A stretch of DNA of 14,340 nt from Bdellovibrionales bacterium (lineage in GTDB: Bacteria; Bdellovibrionota; UBA1018; CAIMNF01): the NCBI GenBank assembly GCA_040380025.1, contig JBEIJY010000040.1, forward strand, positions 1 through 14,340. Direction: 5' to 3'. Under the pieces are notes generated by a model. The model worked only from the letters and a program-made list of their open reading frames with translations, had not been told where the DNA came from and did not search any database. A program made the translations under genes and the position numbers. Shown here in pieces: positions 8,281-14,340 of this stretch; positions within the stretch are counted from its first letter, which is position 1; each line of letters starts with the position of its first letter.

Positions 8281-8309
8281 ATTAAACCCCGCCGAAGGGG
8301 AAGTGTCAA
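8281..8309 (-). promoter_or_regulatory. Sigma70-type promoter of hemW
   Basis: Minus strand TTGACA-N17-TTTAAT, followed by 6 nt and then the ATG at 8274. Confidence 0.7.
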
Positions 8310-8368
8310 ACCAATGGCGTGAAATCGGCGGTTTTTGCGGGAATTCCGGCGAAAAATCAATTTCTTTT

Positions 8369-8396
8369 TTGCCTTCTGTCGAAGCTTCGATACAAT
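8369..8396 (+). promoter_or_regulatory. Possible sigma70 promoter of the Cys/Gly-rich protein gene
   Basis: TTGCCT-N16-TACAAT, about 65 nt upstream of ATG 8461. Confidence 0.35.
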
Positions 8397-8460
8397 TTTG
8401 ATTGGCCCCCCTCCAGAAAAGGACTTCTGGAGCCGAAATGACATACTGAGGAGCTCGCTC

Positions 8461-10356
8461 ATGTCAAAGACCTTGAAAAGCACGATGCTGACCATCTTCG
8501 CCTTCCCTCTCTTTTTGTTTCTGGGTGTCCCGGTGGCGCAGGCGCAGAAAGAGGTGTTTAGTTGCCCGGATGGAGGGTGCTCTGTTTTCAAAGCTGGAGA
8601 TTTTTGCAAGTCAGGTGAAGAATATCGGTACATAGAGGGATGCGTTATAAAAAAGAAGAAATATGTCTTGAAGCATCGGCGCGCAACCCCGCAAGAGTTG
8701 ATCCAAGCTGGAATATATAAAGAAAATGTAACCATCGTTGATGTCGGCAAGACTACTCCGGGGCAAGGAGATAACGACAACGAAAATGGCGGTAGCGGCA
8801 ATGAAAGCTCCTGCCGGTGCCATTACTCGTGGTGTCACTACCTATGTCGGAAGAGTTCCACTGGAGTGAGTGGTGACTATTGTGAGCACCTGGAAGCAAT
8901 TGGGGATATGAAAGAGGATCGATTAAAAGATCTTAAGGGTGCCCAAAAGCCAGTAGATAGAAATAGCGATTATCTTTCGGAATGCCGAGATGCGTGCGCT
9001 ACACTTGCGCTCGACGTGAACAGCTCATGTTATTATTCAAGAAATAAAAATATTAATGAGCCAAGTGAATTTTGTCTTTATTTAACTGATACTGAAAAGG
9101 CTCAATTAAATAGTGGTTGCAACAACGTGACTGGCACAAAATCCAATAGCGATCTGTGTAATGCGATTTTGAATCATTCAAAATGCGCAAAAGAGCTCTC
9201 GGCCCTTACCACTGACAACTTCGATTGCGGTAACAATCAAGCAACCTATGCTGTGATTGATTATGCGAAAGAAAAGGTTCGAATCGAGGCTGATTATTTG
9301 TTCATTCGGGATCTAGAGGCAAGAACGAAGTGTCCATTTGATAAAGATAATCTTGAAAAAGATATTAAAACCTACACCGAAGACAAGTTCTCGGTTTCTT
9401 GTGTCCAGCAACTTGCCGAGGAGTGTTTTAATCAAACTGGCGGGAATGGTTCAGGAGACTGCGTCGACTGCGGCAACGGCGGAGGATACGACGAGTACGA
9501 AGAGATCATCCGCAGACGAGAGATCACAGAGATCTTGCGGCAACAGGGATATTGCACCTACGGTCCGTGTCCGTACGGGGTGAGCAAAGCGGCGCAGATC
9601 ATTGGCGCGATCGGCTCGATCGGGGTACCGATCGGCCTTGGAGTCATGAATCTCGTCATGAACCAGCGTGGGCTTGATGCGTGCCTTCAGGCGTACAATA
9701 TGCAGGTCCAGCAGGCGACGGCGGTTGGACTTCCCCCGCAAAATCCGATGTGCGGGATGGGCGGATTCGGCATGGGCGGTTTTGGTGGCGGCTGGGGCGG
9801 CGGATTTCCTGGCATTGGTGGCGGAATCAACATCGGCGGCGGCATCGGATTCCCCGGAATCGGCATCGGCGGCGGCATTGGGGTCGGCGGCGGTGGCGGA
9901 ATCTATGGCTATCCTGGCGGCGGCGGCGGTTGGGGCGGAGGGTTCCCGGGCGGTGGCATGTACGGATATCCGAACGTGAACATGTATGGAATTCCGACGA
10001 TCGGTGGTGGCGGCGGGATGAACATTCAGCAGCAGCTCTATGACAATCAGCTTCGCATGCAGGAGCTTGCCATGATGAACATGGTGAACCAGACCGGAGC
10101 CGGCATGGGGTATAACAACAACATGTACATGCCGGGGTACGGGACTGCTCCGTACTACGGCATGGGGAATATGGGGTACGGCTACCCAGGAATGTACTCG
10201 GGCGTGAATGCGGGTGCTGGAGTGAGCTTCAACGCAGGGGCTGGATTCAATATCGGCGCGGGTGCCGGAGCCGGCGGCGGATGGAATCCGTACGGCGGTT
10301 ATGGTGGCTACGGCGGAAACTGCGGTTACGGAGTCTCGTACCTGGGCGGGTGTTAA
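8461..10356 (+). CDS. Secreted hypothetical protein with a Cys-rich N-terminal domain and a Gly/Tyr/Met-rich low-complexity C-terminus (631 aa)
   Basis: SD GAGGAG at 8448-8453; signal peptide MSKTLKSTMLTIFAFPLFLFLGVPVAQA|Q; 28 Cys by hand count; GGF/GGI/GYPG repeats at the C-terminus. No family recognised. Confidence 0.8.
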   Translation: MSKTLKSTMLTIFAFPLFLFLGVPVAQAQKEVFSCPDGGCSVFKAGDFCKSGEEYRYIEGCVIKKKKYVLKHRRATPQELIQAGIYKENVTIVDVGKTTPGQGDNDNENGGSGNESSCRCHYSWCHYLCRKSSTGVSGDYCEHLEAIGDMKEDRLKDLKGAQKPVDRNSDYLSECRDACATLALDVNSSCYYSRNKNINEPSEFCLYLTDTEKAQLNSGCNNVTGTKSNSDLCNAILNHSKCAKELSALTTDNFDCGNNQATYAVIDYAKEKVRIEADYLFIRDLEARTKCPFDKDNLEKDIKTYTEDKFSVSCVQQLAEECFNQTGGNGSGDCVDCGNGGGYDEYEEIIRRREITEILRQQGYCTYGPCPYGVSKAAQIIGAIGSIGVPIGLGVMNLVMNQRGLDACLQAYNMQVQQATAVGLPPQNPMCGMGGFGMGGFGGGWGGGFPGIGGGINIGGGIGFPGIGIGGGIGVGGGGGIYGYPGGGGGWGGGFPGGGMYGYPNVNMYGIPTIGGGGGMNIQQQLYDNQLRMQELAMMNMVNQTGAGMGYNNNMYMPGYGTAPYYGMGNMGYGYPGMYSGVNAGAGVSFNAGAGFNIGAGAGAGGGWNPYGGYGGYGGNCGYGVSYLGGC

Positions 10357-10601
10357 GGCGTTCCTGCGTAATCATTCTGGATTCTCTTCAGGAGTTGGAG
10401 CCACAGGTGCTCTTCCTCGCGCAAAATCCAACCATTTTGAAGGGCGCGGGATTCATAGAGAGTCACTCCGTCCTGTTCAAGCGCAATCGGAGCAATTCCT
10501 GTCAAAAACACTGAGATCAACAACGGAGTCCAGGTGTGTCCGCTGATTCCCTAGCTGGAAATGATCGACCTTTAGCAACGGAAGTCGTGAATTCTCGAGG
10601 A

Positions 10602-10631
10602 TTGACAAAATCACTTGGTTTCTGGTAGTCT
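10602..10631 (+). promoter_or_regulatory. Sigma70 promoter of rpsA
   Basis: TTGACA-N18-TAGTCT with an extended -10 TG at 10623-10624. Confidence 0.6.
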
Positions 10632-10725
10632 CTCTCGGTCAGCTCAAACCTGATGTCCGAGCCATCCTCCTTGAAATGCTTTGCGTTTTTGGATGTCCGG
10701 AGTTCTCCAGTTAGGAAATCAAATC

Positions 10726-12531
10726 ATGTCCAAACTCAATACCGAAACTCCTGCTCCCAAGCAGAAGAAAAACCTTCTTTCGAACCTCAAGTGGATCGAA
10801 GAATTCAGCGATGCCGAGGGCGAACTCGTCGAGAGCCGTCCCCTGAGCGGAGCCGAAGACTTCGTGACCCTCTTTGAGAACCGCCAGAAAGACAGCGAAA
10901 TCCAGGAAGGCGCCGTGATCGACGGAAAAGTCGTGTCGATCGGCCCGGACGATGTCACTGTCGACATCGGCTTCAAATGCGAAGGGTTTGTTCCCCTTTA
11001 TGAATTCAAAGATGCGACCGGCACCGCGAAGGTGACCGTCGGCGACATCCTCTCGGTGTACGTCGAGCGCCTCGAAATCGAACAAGGCCGGATCCACCTC
11101 TCGAAAGACCGCGCCGACATCATCAAGGCGTGGGACGAGATCTCCGCCGCATGCGAACAAGACCAGCTCGTCGAAGGGATCGTGATCGCGAAGGTGAAAG
11201 GCGGCCTTGCCGTCGACATCGGCGTGAAGGCGTTCCTGCCCGGCTCCCAGCTCGACACCAAAGCGGTGAAGAACCTGGACAAGTTCATCGGCAGCCGCAT
11301 GAAGTTCAAGATCCTGAAGTTCAACAAAAAGCGCGGAAACATCGTGCTTTCCCGCAAGGCAGTTGTGGCGCACGAGCGCGAGCTCCAGCGCGCCGAGACC
11401 CTCTCGCAAATGCAAGAGGGCATGATCGTGGCCGGTACCGTGAAGAACATCACCGAGTACGGCGCGTTCATTGACCTGGGCGGAATGGATGGACTCCTCC
11501 ACATCACCGACATGTCTTGGGGCCGCATCAAGCACCCGAGCGAGCTCTTCAATGTGGGCGACGAAGTGAAAGTGAAGATCCTGAAGTACGACCGCGAAAA
11601 AGAACGCGTGTCGCTCGGACTGAAGCAGGTCTCCCCGAATCCTTGGGACGAGGCCGAATACAAGTTCCCGGTCAGCAAGGTCGTCAAAGGCAAAGTCGTG
11701 TCGCTTAAAGACTACGGCGCGTTTGTTGAGCTCGACGACGGCGTCGAAGGGCTCATTCACGTGTCCGAGATGTCCTGGACCGAGCGCGTCAAGAACCCGT
11801 CCAAGTACGTCAAAGTGGGCGACGTGGTCGAGTGCAAGGTTCTCGAAGTCGACACCCGCAACAAGCGCATCAGCCTCGGCATGAAGCAGCTGCAAGAGAA
11901 TCCTTGGGATGCTCTCGAGCTGAAATTCCCGGTCGGCGCGATTGTGGACGAGTGCGAAGTGAAGTCGATCACCGACTTCGGAATGTTCGTCGACGTCGGA
12001 ATGGGCATCGACGGCCTGATCCATGTGTCGGATCTTTCTTGGAACAAGAAGGTCGTGAACCCGTCCGAGAAGTACAAAAAGGGCGACAAGGTCAAGGCTG
12101 TGGTTCTCGGAATCGACAAGCAAGCCGAGAAGTTCTCGCTTGGAATCAAGCAGCTTGAGCGCGATCCTTGGGAAAACATCAAGTCCCGCTACCGCACCGG
12201 CCAGTCGGTCGAGGGCTTGATCACCAAGATCACCGATTTCGGTGCGTTCATGGAACTCGAAGAAGGCGTGGAAGGCCTGATCTACGTGAGCGAGCTCTCT
12301 GAGCAGCGCGTGGAGAAGCCGGCTGACGTCGTGAAGCTCGGCGAGAAAGTCCGCGCCGAGATCCTCTCGATCGAGCCGAAAGATCGCCGGATCAGCCTCT
12401 CGATCAAGCAACTCGGACGTTCGGAAGAGCGTGCGAACTACGAGACCTACATGGGCGATCGCAACAAGAAGACCTCGATGGGCGACCTCCTCGGCGACAA
12501 GCTGAAGGGTGCCCTGAAGCGCGACGAGTAA
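10726..12531 (+). CDS. rpsA: 30S ribosomal protein S1 (601 aa)
   Basis: Six S1 repeats (VDIGFKCEG, AFLPGSQLD, YGAFIDLGGMDGLLHITDMSW, GVEGLIHVSEMSW, GIDGLIHVSDLSW, GVEGLIYVSELS). ATG 10726 is preceded by AGGA; codon usage is strongly biased. Confidence 0.98.
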   Translation: MSKLNTETPAPKQKKNLLSNLKWIEEFSDAEGELVESRPLSGAEDFVTLFENRQKDSEIQEGAVIDGKVVSIGPDDVTVDIGFKCEGFVPLYEFKDATGTAKVTVGDILSVYVERLEIEQGRIHLSKDRADIIKAWDEISAACEQDQLVEGIVIAKVKGGLAVDIGVKAFLPGSQLDTKAVKNLDKFIGSRMKFKILKFNKKRGNIVLSRKAVVAHERELQRAETLSQMQEGMIVAGTVKNITEYGAFIDLGGMDGLLHITDMSWGRIKHPSELFNVGDEVKVKILKYDREKERVSLGLKQVSPNPWDEAEYKFPVSKVVKGKVVSLKDYGAFVELDDGVEGLIHVSEMSWTERVKNPSKYVKVGDVVECKVLEVDTRNKRISLGMKQLQENPWDALELKFPVGAIVDECEVKSITDFGMFVDVGMGIDGLIHVSDLSWNKKVVNPSEKYKKGDKVKAVVLGIDKQAEKFSLGIKQLERDPWENIKSRYRTGQSVEGLITKITDFGAFMELEEGVEGLIYVSELSEQRVEKPADVVKLGEKVRAEILSIEPKDRRISLSIKQLGRSEERANYETYMGDRNKKTSMGDLLGDKLKGALKRDE

Positions 12532-12555
12532 TCGTTCCCGCGAACAATTGAAACC

Positions 12556-12598
12556 AGAGGCCCCGGTCGGGAGATTCCCGCCGGGGCTTTTGTATTTT
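12556..12598 (+). terminator. Rho-independent terminator of rpsA
   Basis: Hairpin AGGCCCCGG-T-CGGGA gat TCCCG-CCGGGGCTT followed by TTGTATTTT. Confidence 0.85.
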
Positions 12599-12855
12599 CA
12601 AACTGGCCTACTTGACTGCGCATGATTTCAAAGCCCGGACGGCGAAGTGACCGAAATAAAAATGGTTTGGCCTCCGAGCCGGGTCGTCCGGCCTCGCTCT
12701 CGGTTCGCCTACGCATCCTGCTCCGGCGTGCTTCGCACCACACGCCTCGGCCTGCCTTGGCGTCCTGGCTCGCGAGAGTCGGCCAAACCATTTTTGTTTC
12801 GGGCACTTTGCCGTTCGGGCTTCCATAATTATGCGCAGTCAAGTAGGCCAGTTTG
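12599..12855. repeat. Palindromic repeat element (MITE-like or structured-RNA-like), copy 3, most intact (arms 12599-12672 and 12781-12855)
   Basis: About 75-bp near-perfect inverted arms starting CAAACTGGCCTACTTGACTGCGCAT and ending ATGCGCAGTCAAGTAGGCCAGTTTG; the 110-nt core is shared with copy 1. Confidence 0.92.
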
Positions 12856-12862
12856 TTTCATT

Positions 12863-12891
12863 TTGACTCCCCGCCACACCCCCTCTACCAT
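12863..12891 (+). promoter_or_regulatory. Sigma70-type promoter of the MFS gene
   Basis: TTGACT-N17-TACCAT, followed by 8 nt and then ATG 12900. Confidence 0.65.
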
Positions 12892-12899
12892 CGGCTTTC

Positions 12900-14051
12900 A
12901 TGAATCCTGTGATCCTGAAGGTCGGCCTCATCTCGTTCTTTGCTGATCTTTCGAGCGAGCTTCTGTACCCGATCACTCCGATTTTTTTGACGACCGTTCT
13001 TCATGCCAGCATGACCTCGGTCGGGCTGATCGAGGGCGTCGCCGAACTCACGGCAAGTTTTTTAAAAGTCTGGGCGGGAAGGCTCTCCGATCGCGCCGGA
13101 AAGCGCAGGCCCTTCGTATGGGGCGGGTACCTTGTGTCGACCCTCTCGAAGGCCTCGATCGGGCTTGCGACCTCGTGGTTCGGGGTTCTGGTGGCGCGAA
13201 GCATGGACCGGGTCGGAAAAGGCGTACGAACGGCTCCGCGAGATGCGCTGATCGCAGAATCGGTCGACAAAAGCGAGCTCGGGCTTGCCTTTGGCATTCA
13301 TCGCGGAATGGATACTCTGGGAGCCGTTCTTGGACCCTTGGCCGCTCTTGCCTTGCTTGAGTTTTACGGCACCGGGCATCTTCGGATGTTTTATCTTCTG
13401 GCGCTGTTTCCCGGAGCGTTTGCGGTCCTTCTTGCGATGAAGCTCCCCGAGGCCGCGAACTCGCGCGCGCCGGCTCTGTCGGTTCCAAAAAGCGAGAGGG
13501 CGGCACTCGCAGAACTCCCGCGCTCGTATTTTGTGTTCATGCTCGGGTGGGGGATTTTTTCATTCGTGAACTCGAGCGATGCGTTTTTGCTCCTTCGAAC
13601 ACAAGGAAACGGAAACTCCCTCGGCCACACGGTAATCATGTATTGCCTGTTCAATCTGGTATACGCGCTGTCGAGCCCGTTTTTAGGAAAACTCTCGGAC
13701 CGGATCGGAAAGCTCACCACCCTGAAGGCCTCGCTTGTGGTGTTCGCGCTCGTATACTTTGGCTTTGGATGGGGCGTAAGCCCCTGGGTGCTGTTCCCGG
13801 TGTACGGGCTCTTCATGGGAATGTCAGAGGGGGTGGGGAAGGCCCTGGTTGCCGAGCTGGTGCCGGCAGGGAGGGCGCGGGAGCTCGGGGCCACAGCACA
13901 GGGATTCTTTGGAATGGTGAGCGGGCTTTCGGCCCTGGGCGCGAGCCTCATGGCCGGAATGTTGTGGGACCGGGTGGGGCCCGAGGCGCCGTTTTACTAC
14001 GGCGGATTCGGCGCGATTCTGGCGCTGTTTGTGTTTCTTTTTTTCAGGTGA
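12900..14051 (+). CDS. MFS transporter (383 aa), substrate unknown
   Basis: Many hydrophobic helices; MFS motif A occurs twice (GRLSDRAGKRR and GKLSDRIGK); also DRVGKGVRTAPRDALI. Confidence 0.93.
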   Translation: MNPVILKVGLISFFADLSSELLYPITPIFLTTVLHASMTSVGLIEGVAELTASFLKVWAGRLSDRAGKRRPFVWGGYLVSTLSKASIGLATSWFGVLVARSMDRVGKGVRTAPRDALIAESVDKSELGLAFGIHRGMDTLGAVLGPLAALALLEFYGTGHLRMFYLLALFPGAFAVLLAMKLPEAANSRAPALSVPKSERAALAELPRSYFVFMLGWGIFSFVNSSDAFLLLRTQGNGNSLGHTVIMYCLFNLVYALSSPFLGKLSDRIGKLTTLKASLVVFALVYFGFGWGVSPWVLFPVYGLFMGMSEGVGKALVAELVPAGRARELGATAQGFFGMVSGLSALGASLMAGMLWDRVGPEAPFYYGGFGAILALFVFLFFR

Positions 14052-14065
14052 TAGGGTTTTTTCAT

Positions 14066-14142
14066 GGGCCATTAGCTCAGCTGGTTAGAGCGGTCCGCTC
14101 ATAACGGATTGGTCGCTGGTTCAAGTCCGGCATGGCCCACCA
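14066..14142 (+). tRNA. tRNA with CAT anticodon, most likely tRNA-Ile2 (lysidine-modified)
   Basis: Acceptor stem GGGCCAT/ATGGCCC, D arm AGCTCAGCTGGTTAGAGC, anticodon arm GTCCG-CTCATAA-CGGAT, T arm GGTTCAAGTCC and encoded CCA. It has a paired 1:72 position and lacks the three G-C pairs of initiator tRNA; it resembles E. coli ileX (TTGGTCGCTGGTTCAAGTCC). Confidence 0.95.
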
Positions 14143-14340
14143 AATTCAAACTGCCCCCCGAGCCTGCGCTTTCCTGGCGGCCAAAAATTTTTTCTTGGTT
14201 GATATGATTGGCATTTTTCGTGCTTTAGAACAGGCATGAAACGATGCTGCCCGAATCCCAATTGCCATTTAAGCCCTTCCCTTCTTTTGCCCCAAAAAAT
14301 CCTTGGTCCGAAATTCAAACCGATCATCAAAAAGGGGACC

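Noticed and set aside
10357..10600. Long intergenic region as a riboswitch/ncRNA or small ORF
   Set aside because: Only short weak hairpins and no recognisable motif; an Rfam scan would be needed.
10711..12411. 566-aa - strand ORF
   Set aside because: Antisense shadow of the highly codon-biased rpsA.
12599..12855. Elements as integron attC sites or a CRISPR array
   Set aside because: Too long for typical attC, the ends fit RYYYAAC/GTTRRRY poorly, and no integrase is present; there is no regular repeat-spacer periodicity.
12447..12946. Small ORFs across repeat copy 3 (similar peptides also appear over copies 1 and 2)
   Set aside because: The peptide similarity simply reflects the shared DNA repeat; no consistent start, stop or RBS between copies.
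14142..14340. AT-richer tRNA 3' flank with a repeated AAATTCAAAC (14142 and 14311) as an island att site
   Set aside because: The 10-bp AT-rich repeat does not duplicate the tRNA 3' end, no integrase is visible, and the window ends too soon to judge.

Overview
GC-rich bacterial chromosomal window, probably Bdellovibrionota/Deltaproteobacteria-like (inference only). Housekeeping content is dnaK (running off the left edge), grpE, hemW, rpsA, an MFS transporter and tRNA-Ile2(CAT). The most unusual feature sits between hemW and grpE, where hrcA is often found. It is a 1410-aa gene encoding a signal peptide, three Clp-type AAA+ modules (D1-D2-D2') and a C-terminal FtsH-like M41 zinc peptidase, i.e. 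an apparently exported single-chain unfoldase-protease. This gene is bracketed by two copies of a palindromic element, and a third copy lies after rpsA. The copies share a structured core but have different long self-complementary arms. There is also a secreted Cys-rich/Gly-rich protein with an in-frame AT-rich internal segment, and three genes whose promoters abut the start codon (probably leaderless).
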